Shown: positions 49,350-63,116 of the stretch, in pieces | Numbering within the stretch: position 1 is the first letter of the stretch | How the letters are laid out: the number at the start of each line of letters is the position of its first letter | Assembly (NCBI GenBank): GCA_038087875.1 | Contig: JAXLNO010000655.1 | Coordinates: 186,001-250,000 of the forward strand | Source: Malacoraja senta | Lineage: Eukaryota | Direction: 5' to 3' | Length of the DNA stretch: 64,000 nt | Notes under the pieces: generated by a model | What the model saw: only the letters and a program-made list of their open reading frames with translations | The model's database searches: none | What the model was told of the DNA's origin: nothing | Made by a program: the position numbers and the translations under genes

Positions 49350-49905
49350 CCATATAGATACATGGTAAGGGAATAACGTTTAGTGCAAGGTAAAGCCAGC
49401 AAAGTCTGAGCAAGGATCGTCCGAGGGTCACCAATAACATAGATAGTAGTTCAGCAAGACTCACTGGTTGTGTGTAGGATGATTCAGTTGCCTGATAACA
49501 GCTGGGGAGAAACTGTCCCTGAATCCAGAGGTGTGCGTTTTCACACTTCTATACCTTTTGTCTGATGGAAGAGGGGAGAAGAGGGAGTGGCCAGGGTGCG
49601 ACTCATCCTTGATTATGCTCCTGGCCTTGCTGAGACATCATGAGGTATTAATGGAGTCAATGGAAGGGAGGTTGGTTTGTGTGATGGCCTGGTGACGAGA
49701 TGAGATGAGATGAGTTGAGAGTGTGGCCAGGGTGGTGTGGGTCTTTGATGACATTGGCTACCTTTCTGAGGCAGCACCTCCCATAGATCCCTTCGATGGT
49801 GGGGAGGTCAGTACCTGTGATGACCAGACAGATTCTACCACTCTCTGTAGCCTTCTCTGTTCCTGGGCGTTGTTGTTGATGAACCAGGCTGTGATGCCAC
49901 CTGCC
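49350..49905 (-). mobile_element. Rex-Babar LINE fragments (two joined)
   Basis: 'LVITGTDLPTIEGIYGRCCLRKVANVIKDPHHPGH' and a second copy with HPGHSLFSPLPS.KRYRSVKTHTS. Confidence 0.85.
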
Positions 49906-52669
49906 AACACGGGTGCTGCCTGCACGCAGTTTGTGCGTTCTCCTTGTGACCGCGTGGGTTTTCTCCAGGTGCTCTGGTTTCCTCCCACATCCCAAAGACA
50001 TGCAGTTTTGTAGATCAATTGGCTCCCGTAAATTGGCCCCAGTGTGTAGGATTGAATAAGTGCATGGGCCTGTTTCCATGCTGTATCTCTAACAATAAAA
50101 TCTAAAACTGAGCTAGCACTGGATGGGAAGCTTTGAATCACACTTAGATGAAAATTTGTTTTAATGACATTGTATAAAAAAATAAATGTTGAACTCGTAG
50201 TTCTCTAACAATGAATGATCATTAAATGATTCCCATCCTTCATTGACTACTTAATACGTTGGAATGGTAATTGTATATAATGAAGTGCTGAAGACGTGAT
50301 GAGGCTGATGTAGCGAATAGATCCCCAATCTGATCAATGTCCTGGTGCTTTAATGGCCAGGAAGATACAAATTAGAACTGGGTCATTATTTTTCTGCCAC
50401 AATCATTCTGACGGAGTCTATAGAGAGATGCTGCTCCACTGAGGATTCGTATCCTTGAGTTTTTTTGAACGAGATGCAATTATTTAATAATTAATAATTA
50501 CCAAAAACGTTACATTTGCTCAGGAATTTATTTAAATGCTTGCACATGGAGTTTGTTAACTTTGTTCAGTCGCTGTTTTTAGTAACTTATGGATTGCAGG
50601 ATGTGTTAATTAGGTTTCCTGATATGATGTCTCAGGTTAACATGTAAAATATTCAGACTTAGACCAACCATTGATTTCCCAAAGGCTTTGCAGCCCATCA
50701 CCAAAGTCTTTAATGATCTCGGCCCAGGATGGGATTGGGCAGGGGGGAGGGGAGGTGCAGTGGGCAGGGGTGGGGGGGGGGAGAGGAGGTGGGGTAAGGG
50801 GCGGGGAGGCAAGGGGGAAAGGGAAGGGGTTAGCAAGAGAGACAGGGGAGGGTTGTGGATGGGGAAACGGGGGGGGGGGGGGTGGAGGGTAAGTGAAGAG
50901 ATGGGGAGGGAAGGGGGAGGAGGGTTGGGAGATGGAGGGATGGGAGGGTTTATTTCATGCAACACAAGAATGCTTTCGTAAGAGTAAGGTATGAAACTGC
51001 TAATGCTGAGGCTTCGTTTTAAGTCAGCCGCTTAAGAGGTTTTATTAAAATCATTGTACACAATATGTCTACTTTGTTAATAACCAAATGCAGTCACCAT
51101 CAGGGTAGTCTGGAAAAGGTTTCTGAACATTTTGTTTCAGAATCTATCATTGTTCCATTATTTAAGAGCTCTTAATGTTTTCCCATTGTATTTATGTGCT
51201 ACTTACCTCTTATTCAATCTCCATTATCAACCAGAAATATACTTTCTGTTTGAGTCCCATGAATATAATTATAAACAATGACTGTATCCGAGGAATATGT
51301 TCAGTGCATCATTATTTGTGTGAGCTATTTGAAATCTATCTTACTCTTCCCGGTTATCATAAGATTATGGAATGATAGGAGTAGAATTAGGTCATTCGGC
51401 TCACCAAGTCTACTCTGCCATTCAATCATGGCTGATCTGTCTCTCTCTGCGAACCCCATTCTCCTGCCTTCCCCCATAACCTCTGACACCATCTGACAAC
51501 CTCTGACTGGGCTATAGAGTCAGTGTGGAAACAGACCCTTTATCCCAACTTGCCCACATGTCCTGTCTATACAAGTCCCACCTGCCTGCGTTTGGCCCAT
51601 ATCCCTCTAAACCTGTCCTACCCATGCACCAGTTCAAATGTTTCTTAAACTTTGCGATAGTGTGTTCTTTCAAGACTTGAGCCTGATGTTCCATGAAACC
51701 TAGTGTAAATGATTGATGTTGCACAGGTCTAGAGTTTAAAGTCATCTTGAATTGTAACACATAGTACAGCGGTACAGCAGGTTGTTGGTTGTTAGTTCAT
51801 CACTACCGCTTCCAAGACTACCTAATGTAGGAAGTGGGTGTTAATATAAAGCATCCAGTAAGGTGGGGTTAATGATGCTACTCTACTATGATTGGTTCAC
51901 ATTCAATAACCAATCTACACCTAGCACTGACCAAGTTTTTGGTAAGAACACAGGAGCATCAAAGATAGAAACAGGAATAGTCCACTTGGCCCCTTGAGCC
52001 TGTTCTTTCATAGGACATGGCTGTTCTTCAAGTCCAAACACTGTTTTCCTGTCCTTTCCCCTGTCTCTTGGTCCCATCAACATCCAGAGGACACACCACC
52101 AGAGGACACACCATTACGGTGAGAGGGGCAACGTTTAAAGGAGATGTGCGGGGGCAAGTTTTTTCCTTTTTGAGGGAGCTGGGTGCCTGGAACACGCTGT
52201 CAGAGGTGGTGGTTGAGGCAGATACAACAGTGGTGTTTAAGAAGCTGTTAGATAGGTACATAGATATTCAGGAAGTTGAGGGTTATGGATACAAGAATGG
52301 AGATTAGTTCAACTTGGCAGCATGTCCGGCACAAACATTGTGCACTGAAGAGCCTATCTCTATATTCTATCTAAGTCATCAATCGTAGTTTTGAGTGATT
52401 TCAATGCCTGAGCCTCAATAGTCATGAGGTCATAAGGTCACAAGGAATAAGAGTAGAATTAGGCATTCAGCCCTTCAAGTCTACTCCGCCATTCAATCAT
52501 GGCTGATCTATCTCTCCCTCCTAACCCCATTCTCCTGCCTTCTCCCCGTAACCTCTGGCACCTGTAGTCCTTTGGAGCAGGGAACAATTCTGAGTGAAGA
52601 AACATTTCCTCATTTCAGCCCTAGTCACTGAAATAGCCCCTCTTCATCGACCCTCACACAAGTGTCAAG

Positions 52670-53105
52670 TGTCAAGAATGTTTAATTGTCATATCACCAA
52701 CAACAGAACATTGAGATTCTTACATGCTGCAGCCTAACAGCAATAACACACAGATAATGTGTAATATTCAGTAGTGCCATAAATTAATATCCTGTCAAAC
52801 GGAATTGTGCAAAATCAGAAGTTTGTAGTGGAACCACAAACCCAGCGTGTAGATGGTCATAATTGCTGAGATTAATGTTATGCTGTGTTGAACAGCCTGA
52901 TGATTGCAGGGAAGAAGCTGGTGGTCTTGAATCTGGTGGTCATGGTTTTCAGGTTCCTGCACCTTCTTCCCGATGGTAGCAGTAAAATGGGAGCATGGCC
53001 AGGGTGGTGTGGGTCTTTGATGATATTACCTGTCTTTTTCGAGGCAACGTCTCCTGTAGATCCCTTCGATGGTGGGGAGGTCAGTACCTGTGATGGACCA
53101 GGTGG
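52670..53105 (-). mobile_element. Rex-Babar LINE 3' fragment
   Basis: Reverse of DLPTIEGIYRRRCL..IIKDPHHPGH..LLPSGRRCRNLKTMTTRFKT. Confidence 0.8.
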
Positions 53106-54159
53106 TATCTGCCATTCACCATGGTTTCACAATCCTTTCCTGCTGAGTGATTTTATTTAATCGCTTATTTAATTTAATTTATTTAATCAAAAGTTATCAT
53201 TGAACCTGTTCGCTCTTCTGGTCCTCACCCCCATCTCTGGCCCTTTTGCCAGTGACCTTAAATCTACGTCCTCCCCTTGTCAAACCAGACTCCTTGAGCA
53301 TGTCCTTCTGTAATCTTCACAGCTTTAGCAACCCATAAGTCAAATCTGACCTCCATTGCTGTCTATGTGGAGCTTGCAGGTTGGTCACGTGTGGGTTTCC
53401 TCCAGACGCTGTGGTGTCCTCCCACATCCCAAAGGTGTGCAGACTGTAAGTCAATTAACCACTGTAAATTACTCTGGTATATACTTAAGTAGTAGAATCT
53501 GAGGGGAGAATAAAATGGGAATGGTGCAAGTGGGTGCTTGATGAATGGCATGGACATTTTGGGCCGAAGGGCCTGTTCATAGGTCATAAGTGATAGGAGC
53601 AGAATTAAGCCATTCGGCCCATCAAGTCTGCTCTGTCATTTAAGCAGGGCTGATTTATCTCTCCCTCAAAGAATACCACAGCTTCACCGCCCACTGACTA
53701 AAGAAATTCCTCCTCATCCCCTTCCTAACTGAACGTTCTTTAATTCTGAGGCTATGACCTCTAGTCCTAGACTCTCTCACTAGTGGAAACATCATCTCCA
53801 CATCCACCCTATCCAGGCCTTTCACTATTCGGTATGTTTCAGAGATTAGACACAAAATGCTGGAGTAACTCTGTTTGTGTCCCGTGGCATTCAATGGGTT
53901 TATACAGCAATCCAGTTATTCTAATACTGAGATTGATGATAATTCCAGTTGCAATTTCATTACTTGAGTTCATAACATCCTTGGGATATATAATCAATAA
54001 GCCCAGAGATTGATAGATGGTGTGAAATAGGATACTATCAACAGAGTTAGGGGGGTTAAGCTGATATTTTGGTAGTGTAAGGATGGAGTCTGGACCAGGA
54101 GAACGAGAGAATATCACGATAGATTTACCAGGAGATTGCATGTAGAATATGGTCAATGG

Positions 54160-54468
54160 GGCGGCACAGAGGTACAGTGGGTAGAGTTGCTGCCTCACAA
54201 TGCTAGAGACCCAGTTTCAATCCTTATCTCGTGTGTTGTCTGTGTGGAGTTGGTACGTTCTCCTGGTGACCACATGGGTTTTCTCCGGGTGCTCTGGTTT
54301 CCTCCCACACTCCAAAGACGTGCAGGTTTGTAGGTTAATTGGCCTCTGTTCCTAATGTGTAGGAAGTGAATAAGGAAGTGGGATAACATAGAATTAGTGT
54401 GAGCGGGTGATCGATGGTCGACGTGGAATCATTGGGCCAAAGGGCCTGTTTCCATGCTATATATTTAG
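54160..54468 (+). mobile_element. HE1-type SINE
   Basis: tRNA head, V-domain and tail. Confidence 0.85.
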
Positions 54469-55594
54469 AACACCACAATAACAGGTCCTTCAGCCCACAA
54501 TGTCCGTGCCGAACATGATGCCAAGCTATACTAATTTCCTCTGCCTGTGCATGATTCATATCTCTTACAGTAATTCATTGCATATCCATGTGCCTATCCT
54601 TAATTGCCACTATCATATCTGCCTCCACTGCTACCCATGGCAAAGTGTTCCAGGCATCCACTGCCCTCTGTGTATAAAACCATTAGTTTAGTTTTGGTTT
54701 TAGAGAAACAACGTGAAAACAGGACCCTCGGCCCACCGGCTCAGGATCGAACCCAGGTCTCTGGCGCTGCAAGCGCTGTAAGGGAGCAACTCTACCGCTG
54801 CGCCAATGTGCCACCCAGGGAAAACAAAAGTACTGATTAACCACACTTTCTACCCCCCTCATAATTTTGTAAACTTCCATCAGGTCTCCCCTCAGCCTCC
54901 GACGCTCCAGAGAAAACATTGCAAGTTTGTCCAACCTCTCCTTGAAATGAAGTGTAAAGCTCGTTTTACTTTATCTGTAGTCATAGCAACAAAAGAGTGA
55001 GATTTCTTACGCACCCGTGCTAAGTAGGACCAGTAATGTTAAACCTTACATCCCCAGTTTGTGCTTATCACTTTATTGCAAATAAAATATAACCAATTCT
55101 ATCAAGGGAAACAGCGATTGTTCCATTCCGTGCCCACAAGCAAATAAAAAAAGCTATTAGCCTCAAAAGTGATAAAGAAATGCTTATCATGAGACTGAAT
55201 AAGAAGCCTTCATTCAGTCATTCTAGGAGATGGATTGCCTCTTATTAAAGATCTCACCTGAGCTGGAAGTGTGCTCAGCATTGCCAGGTAGTGTCTGGAT
55301 GTGCGGTGATGAGCCGAAGGCCTGATTATGTCAAATCTGACTCCCGTTCTTCATTGTACATCAGCTCATCACCTCCCAGAAGCAATTCTCTTAGGAATCA
55401 GTTGCTCGGCAATGTGGACCATTAAAGAGAAATGGCCAATCTCACACCATACTGCACATGGGGCTCTTCAGGCACAATGAACTTAGAAGGTGGAGGAATA
55501 ACTAGATGAAGCCCACACATAGACAGGCACTGTTTCGAAGGTCCTCAATTCTTCCTTCATTTTTCTACGGCTTGGTTTGATATTATCATTTTTC

Positions 55595-55886
55595 TTAGTT
55601 TTGTTTAGTTTACAGACACGACACGGAAACAGGCCCTTCAGCCCACCGAGTCCGTGCCAACCAACGATGAATCCACACCCAAGTGCTGTCCCACACACTA
55701 GGGATGATTTACAATTTTACCCAGGCAATTAAACTACAGACCTGAATGTCTTTGGAGGGTAGGGGAAACCGAATATCTCGGTGAAAACCCACGCGGTCAC
55801 AGGGAGAACGTACAAACTCCGTGCAGCCAGCACCCGAGATCAGGATCGAACCCGGGTCTCTGGCGCTGTAAGGCAGCAACTCTACC
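55595..55886 (-). mobile_element. HE1-type SINE, full length
   Basis: Reverse complement of ggcggcacggtggcgcagcggtagag...ggttcgatcc... through the tail. Confidence 0.9.
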
Positions 55887-56562
55887 GCTGCGCCACCGTG
55901 CCGCCCACTATCATTTCTATTCAAGTAATAAAACTTGGTGAAACAGAACTCTGGAACTGGTCTAGAATTTACTTTGCACAGTCTGAGGCACAATCCTTGT
56001 GACTCTTATACACTGTTTAATATTCTATTAGCAGGAATTAAGATACAATGACAAAGTAGATGAACAGAATATGGTGGGTTATAGATTGTGGTGCAATAAT
56101 TGTCATTGAAACACTTACAACTGCAGCTCAAAGAACGCAGAATCAAAGTGATAGCGCTCTAGAGCACGCAAACAGGTCCTTTGGCCCACCTTGTCCGAGC
56201 CAACCAAGTTAACATTCTGGGCCAATCCCATTTGCCTACATTGGGCCCATTTTCTCCTAAAACCTTCCTATCCATATATCTATCCGTACATGTTCTAATT
56301 GCAAGCGCTTCTATAGCTTCCCCTGGAAGATCATTCCAGATTCAGACTAACGTCTGAAAAAGTGAATACATTTTCCCCTTACATCCCTTTAACTCTTTCC
56401 CCTCTCACCTTAAGGTATTGCTCTCTAGTTTTAGAATCCTCTACCCTGGGTAAAAGACTGTGAGGATTCACTTTATCAATGTCCCTCATCATCTTGAACA
56501 CCCTCAATAAGGTTACCTCCCACCCTTCTATGCTCCAAAGAAAAACGGTCCTACTTATAAAG

Positions 56563-56883
56563 GGCAGCAGGGTGGCGCAGCGGTAGAGTTGCTGCCTTAC
56601 AGCTCTTGCAGCACCAGAGATCCGGGTTCCATCCCGACTATGGGTGCTGTCTGTACGGAGTTTGTGTGTTCTCCCCGTGACCGTGTGGGTTTTCTCTGAG
56701 ATCTTCAGTTTCCTCACACACTCCAAAGACATACAGTTTTGTAGGTTATTTGGCTTGGTGTAAATGTAACATTGTCCCTAGTGTGTGTAGGATAGTGTTA
56801 ATGTGCGGGGATCGCTGGTCGGTGCGGACTCGGTGGGCCGAAGGGCATGTTTCCGCACCGTATCTCTACAATAAACTAAACTA
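56563..56883 (+). mobile_element. HE1-type SINE, full length, inserted in a CR1 remnant
   Basis: gggcagcagggtggcgcagcggtagag ... gtatctctacaataaactaaac. Confidence 0.92.
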
Positions 56884-58704
56884 TCTACTATTTCCCGATA
56901 ACTCAAGCCTGCCAGCCGAGGTAACATCATGGTGGTCACAACATGACATTTTAAACCAACTAAGCCGAAATGCAATACAGGGTTACTGGTGCATATGCCG
57001 CGTGATATCACAAACAACAAGTATTGCTATTGGTTTATTATTGCATGCTATCCAGTCAAATCTCACTATGCAAGAATACAGTCAAGCCATATGCAAGTAC
57101 AACAGGTTGAGCAAAGAGGAAAATACTGAAGCGTGGAATATCATTTTCAGTATTGAAGCACATTCAGAGATAGTTACTTCTCAACCGTTATCAGGCAATT
57201 TAACCAACCTACCAACAACTGGGGAGCAGTCCTAAGCTTTTATCTACTGCATTGGAGACCTTCGGACTATCTTTGATCGGACTTCACTGGACTTTATCTT
57301 GTCCTAAACGTTATTCATGATAATCTTTTATCATGTATCTGTACACTGTGGACGGTTTGATTGCAATCATGTATTGTCCTTCCGCTGAATATTTAGCATG
57401 CAACAAAAGCTTTTCATTGTACACGTAACAAAAACAAAACTAAACAGTTCCAGAGGATAATGTCCCATATCTGCAAATGAAGTGGACTGGTAGATTGGAA
57501 CCACACACTAGCTTAAGGAAAGCCTGGTCAGAAGTCTTGTAACAGAAGGGAAGAAGCTGTTCCTGAATGTTCAAGACCTTGTACAAGTGTATAACACATT
57601 GGCAAGTCAGAAATATCAACACAAGATAAATATCGGTCCCCCAATCCAAGCACACAGAGCTTACAGGCTAGTAGCCCCCATGATGAAGGATGACACATGA
57701 CAAGCGACTCACCGACAGTTCAGTCAAAAGTCATCTAAAATGAATTATCACGTCCTTCCAACTCCCAAGACGCGACCATCAGTGTTACATTCACTCACAG
57801 GAGCTCTGTCTAGAATTGAGCTCTCAAACCACCCGCTTTGATGTAAATGCCAGCCTGACTCAGTTGCTGTACATCCCAGCACTGAGACAAAAATCCTCGT
57901 GACTGGAATGGGAGGCCTGAAAATGTGTTTTGGTGTACACACAATTGGAAATGAAACAGGGTATAGCGATGAAAGCTATCGAAGACAAGTGAGCATTGCC
58001 TTAAGGTGAGAAGAAGGAGTTTTAATCCAATTCAAGTTTGTTGTCAAATGTAGAAACAAGGAACTGCAGATGCTGGTTTACCAAGGAAAGACACAAAGTG
58101 CGGGAGTAACTCAACGGGTCAGCCAGCATCCCTGGAGAACATGCATGGGTGACGATTTGGGTCGGGAACTTCTTTCTTCGTCTGAAGAAGGGTCCCAACC
58201 CGAAATGTCACCAATAATGTTTTATTATTAATGTTTTATGTATCATTATTAACTGTCACTGTAGGTCATGTTGTCACTTGTGGGCGGAGCACCAAGGCAA
58301 ATTCCTTGGATGTGAATACTTGGCCAATAAACGTATTCATTCATTCATTCATTCATATCCACATTCTCCGGGGATGCTGCCTGACCCACTGAGTTACTCC
58401 AGCACCATGTGTCTTTCCAAGTTTATTGCCCAAGTATACACAAGTACAGTATGATACAGGTACAGTGAAATGTCCTCTCATAAGCTAACAGTTGAGTCCC
58501 GATCTTCCAAACTACCTCATTGCAAACCCTGCACTTTTATTTTATCTGTTCTTTTTCTGTAACTGTTACGCTATAACACTGCAATACAATATTCTGTGAT
58601 CCGGTATTTTTATCTTTGTCTTGTATGGTATATTTGTCCATAGTTTGATTATACTCATGTATTGTATGATTTGACTGGATAGCAAGCAAACCTAGTTTTC
58701 CACT

Positions 58705-59085
58705 GAAGATAGACACAAAAAGCTGGAGTAACTCAGCGGGTCAGACAGCGTCTCTGGAGAAAAGGAATAGGTGACATTTCGGGTCGAGACCTTTCTTCAG
58801 AGTCAGGGGAGAGGGAAATGTGAGATACAGACAGTGATTATAGAAAGATATTGAACAAATGAGTGAAGGAGATGCAAAAAAGTAACAATGAAAAAGAGAA
58901 CAGGCCATTGTTAGCTGAGGCCTAGGTAAAAACAAGTTACAGACAATGAGTCTCAACAAGACAGCTTTGAAGCTGGTGGGGGAGGGATGAAGAGAGAGGT
59001 GATGCAGGGGCTACTTGAAGTTGGAGAAATCAGTATTACTACCACTGGGTTGTAAACTGCCCAAGTGAAATATGAGGTGCTGCAT
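58705..59085 (-). mobile_element. Penelope-like element 3' fragment
   Basis: The minus strand encodes QHLIFHLGSLQPSGSNTDFSNFK*, followed by the terminal repeat ctgaagaaaggtctcgacccgaaatgtcacc. Confidence 0.85.
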
Positions 59086-59639
59086 CCCACTGGGTTATAG
59101 TTTTCCACTGTCTGCATACACATGACAATAATAAACCCATTCCTATACCAATACTACCTTTGTATCACATCATCTTCTCTACATTTACCTTGTTGAACCA
59201 TCTTGAAACCAGAAAGATCTCCATCTGATCATCTTTAGCCCCGGTATGTTATATGCTATTAAGACCCTCAAACTTCCCACAAAGCACAGCAAGTGAACAG
59301 TTGACTTGTACATCAACCCCCCACCCCCCCACCCCCCCCCCAACCCCCCCGACTGACTTGAGCAATCTCAGCATCACAGAATATTAATATTTTCAGTACA
59401 ATTCTTGCTGTTGAATTTTTCCTCTGCATTATATACAGTATAATGCACAACGACTAAAGGAATGGACTTGGGCTACTTATACAACACGATTAAGAGGTGG
59501 TTAATTCATTAGCAAGTCTAATGTTGGCTAATCTCTCAGGCTGCTGCAGACTGACTAGATTGGATCATTAAAAGAAAGTTGACTGTTATATTGTATATCC
59601 CACAACCTCTGGATATAAGGTCATAGTCATAGAGTCTTA

Positions 59640-60500
59640 AGCCCCTGTCCCACTTTCACGACCTAATTGGCGACCTCTGCCGAGTTTGCCTTTGACTCAT
59701 ACTCGCAGCATGGTCGGCAGGAGGTCGTAGGAGGTAGTAGGAGGTCTTCGTACCTCTTCCTCATGCTCATGATTGGTCTCCGCGTACTCGTGGCCTCAAG
59801 TAGGTTGCGGTGTTTTTTCCAGCCTGATCAAAAATGTCCACGAGTAAAAAAAAGATGGGCATGGAAAAAATTGATACTTTTTACTCGTTGGTAGGTCGTA
59901 GATAGTCGTAGGTAGTCGTAGGTAGTCGTAGGTAGCCGTAGGTAGTTGTAGGTAGCCGTAGGTAGTCGTAGGTAGCCGTAGGTAGTCGTAGATAGTCGTA
60001 GGTAGTCTTAGGTAGTCGTAGGTAGCCGTAGGTAGCCGTAGGTAGTCGTAGATAGTCGTAGGTAGTCGTAGGTAGCCATAGGTAGCCGTAGGTAGTCGTA
60101 GGTAGTCGTAGATAGTCGTAGGTAGTCTTAGGTAGTCGTAGATAGTCGTAGGTAGTCGTAGATAATCGTAGATAGTCGTAGATAGTCGTAGGTAGTCGTA
60201 GGTAGTCGTAGGTAGTCGTAGGTCGGTAACTGGCCCGAGAAAAAAATGCAAACATGACATCATTTTATCATGTGATAATTTCCACTCGTAGCTAGTCGTA
60301 GTTGGTCTTAGGTGTGGAAGACTGAGGTTGAGGGGGGATGTAGGAGGTCGTAGACATTGTCGTGGGAGATCGTAGACATAGTCGTAGGAGGTCATAGGAG
60401 GTCTTTTACTTCGGCGAGTCAACATAACCTTGATATTTTTTTCAACTCGTCTAGGGTCTTCTAAACTTGTAGATTAGGTCGTCCAAGTGGGACAGGCTCT
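59640..60500. mobile_element. PIF/Harbinger-type non-autonomous transposon with an internal minisatellite
   Basis: TIRs agcccctgtcccactt / aagtgggacaggctct and a TTA TSD. It splits a CR1/HE1 tail (catagagtctta|cagtgtggaaacagg). Confidence 0.88.
59901..60220 (+). repeat. 10-bp tandem repeat G(G/A)TAG(T/C)CGTA, about 32 copies
   Basis: Direct inspection. Confidence 0.97.
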
Positions 60501-61387
60501 TTACAGTGTGGAAACAGGCTCTTCAGCTCAACTTACCCACACCGCCCAACATGTCCCATCTACACTAGTCCCACCCGCCTGCGTTTGGCCCATATTCCTC
60601 TAAACCTGTCCTATCCATGTACCTGTCTAAATCAGAAGAAGGCCATTTGACCCGTTGAGTTCCTAGAAGGCGATTTGGTCATCTTCTCCCACCATTAACC
60701 CATGTCCCTGAAAAGATCTTCCCTGTAGTACAAGTATAATTTGCAGATGGCGTGGTGGAAGGTGAAGGGAAGGTGAACTTCACTTCCAGCTCCCTCAGGA
60801 AAGCGCCCTAAAGTTCCATGATTTGCTTGGGAATTGGAATATGGTGGCTTTGGTACCCAGAAGTAGGGGGGTGGGGGGGGGCGGCCATTGGAGGCAACGG
60901 GCAACGGTTTGCGGTGGTCGCGGGTTTTTGGTGTTGGGGAAGTCGGCTGCTGGAGGCCCTATGGCAGCCGGGCGAGCGAGCGGATCGCGCACGGCCTGCG
61001 GCAGCTGTACGGAGCGGCGGTGAAAGATGCCGACGGCACGGCGATGGGCCAGGCCAACCCCTATCTCACCAATCCAGTGCTGCCAGGACACCAGAACTTC
61101 AAAAAGGAAGCCAATATCATCAAAGACCTACAAGACCCTAGACACACTCTCATTTCACTTCTACCATCAGGAAGGTGATATTGGAACGTGAAAACCACGA
61201 CCACCAGTTTCAAGAGTAGTTTCTTCCTAATAATTATCATTGTCGTCAAGACGTCTCAATACTAACCTCAACTATGAACTTCTGTGGACTGACTGGTTGT
61301 TTTTTTTCAACGTATTGTGCTTTTTTTGCTATTATCTATTGCGTTTATGGGACTGTTACGCATGTTAAGCATCTGCAAGTGAGAATT

Positions 61388-61708
61388 TTAGTTTAGTTTG
61401 GTTTAGAGATACAGCGCGGAAACAGGCCCTTCGGCCCACCAGGTCCGTACTGACCAGCGATCCCTGCACATTAATACTACCCTACCCCCACTAGGGACAA
61501 TTTTTACATTTACCAAGCCAATTAACCTACAAACCTGTACGTCTTTGGAGTGTGGGAGGAAACCGAAGATCTCGGAGAAAACCCACGCGCAGTCACAGGG
61601 AGAACGTACAAACTCCATACAGACAGCTCCATAGTCGGGATTGAACCCGGGTCTCCGGCGCTGCATTCGCTGTAAGGCAGCAACTCTACAACTGCGCCAC
61701 TGTGACCG
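61388..61708 (-). mobile_element. HE1-type SINE, full length, young
   Basis: Reverse-complement tail, body and tRNA head, with CpGs retained. Confidence 0.92.
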
Positions 61709-62229
61709 CGATGTTCAGTTGTTGGCACATATCACAATTAAATACCTTTGACTCTTAGAGTCATAGAGCCATGGAATCATACAGCATGGAGAAAGAACCT
61801 TCTGTCCAATTTGCCCACATCGACTGACTTGTTCAGTTTGGTTTAGCTCAGTTTAGTTTATCGTCATGTTTCGCGAGGTACAGTGAAAAGCTTTTGTTGT
61901 GTGCTAACCAGTCAGCAGAAACCTGTCCCATCTACATTAGTCCCACCTGCCTGCATTTTGGCCATATCATTTCAAATCTTTCCTATCCACGTACCTGTCG
62001 AAATGTTTGTTTAACAACGTGACAGTGCCTGCCTCAGCTACCTCCTCTGGCAACCTGCTCCATATACCTACCACCCTGTTCAAGAACAACTAGTGACTTA
62101 TTGACTCTGCTTCGTAACTGATCTGTGATCTGTCTCTCACTTGTATCAGCCCTCAGAAATGATCCAACGAGATGCTCAATTTAAGGGCAGGTGGCGATGG
62201 GGTTTGAATGTTAATCAGCAGCACATTAA

Positions 62230-62656
62230 AGGGCCTGTCCCACGAGCATGCGACTGCATGCGGCAAGTGCGACCTAACATGGTCGCTTGAGCCGTATGGC
62301 CTCGCGGGGCCGGTCCCACTTCGATCGCCGGAGCCGTATGGAGTTGTGCGGAGCTGGTCCCGACATCGCGCGGGGCTCCGAAAAACTGACACTGTTAAAA
62401 AATTCCTCACGGCAACGGCCTGCCGGCCGGCAGCCACCTCAACGCCATTCTCACCACCTCGACGGGCGTGCGCAGCGTCTCGACGCCGTACGCAGCGTCT
62501 TGATGCCGTACGCAGCGTCTTGACGCCGTACGTCACGCGCAAACTTCCCGCGGACTTCGCTCGAACTTCACGTCAGTCACTCGACCTCCGCGCGGCCCCC
62601 GCTTCCGGTTTGGTCACGCTTGCCGCATGCAGTCGCATGCTCGTGGGACAGGCCCA
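62230..62656. mobile_element. PIF/Harbinger-type MITE with ~45-bp TIRs
   Basis: gggcctgtcccacgagcatgcgactgcatgcggcaag / cttgccgcatgcagtcgcatgctcgtgggacaggccc with a TAA TSD. Internal 20-bp repeat cgcagcgtct(c/t)ga(c/t)gccgta x3. Confidence 0.92.
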
Positions 62657-63116
62657 TAAAAATGTTTCTCCTTCCATCACAGTGAGGAATATGGAGGAGT
62701 CACTGTGGTGGATGTTTATGTTAAAATGTGTTTTGTTGCTTTTTATTTGTATGACTGACTTGGCAAATGAAATTCCTCGTATGTTGCAAAATATACTTGG
62801 CAAATAAAGTATTATTGTGATTGTGATTGTCGTCAATCAATATGGATCCATGTTCTAACAGCAGTGCAAATATCATTTAGCTCCAGTTTAATTTAGCTCA
62901 CCATATAATTTATTCCAATAAAGTGTCACAAAACGTCATGTTCATGGTTCCTAAAAATAATAAATTAAGCTGCTTGGTTAATTCTTTTAACTTGGAGGTG
63001 GGATTAAAGTCAGTGGCCTAATTGAGGTGTTCAAGATGATGAATGAGAGGGTAAAGAGAAACTGGAGCATAAATATGACATGGCCATAAAAGTTAAACAA
63101 ACGTTAATATGTCTTT

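Noticed and set aside
50296..50411. Possible C/D box snoRNA (gtgatga...ctga)
   Set aside because: No terminal stem or recognisable rRNA antisense element; the boxes are short enough to occur by chance.
50606..50981. Pro-rich and Gly-rich ORFs
   Set aside because: Low-complexity G-rich purine tract (G-quadruplex-prone), not coding.
59901..60220. Possible CRISPR-like array
   Set aside because: Pure tandem decamers with no unique spacers, in a eukaryotic context.
59796..60425. 209-aa ORF with repeating 'YDYLRLPTT'
   Set aside because: It is a translation of the 10-bp minisatellite inside a Harbinger MITE, with no evidence of coding.
62208..62807. 199-aa ORF
   Set aside because: Runs through a GC-rich MITE and a LINE tail.
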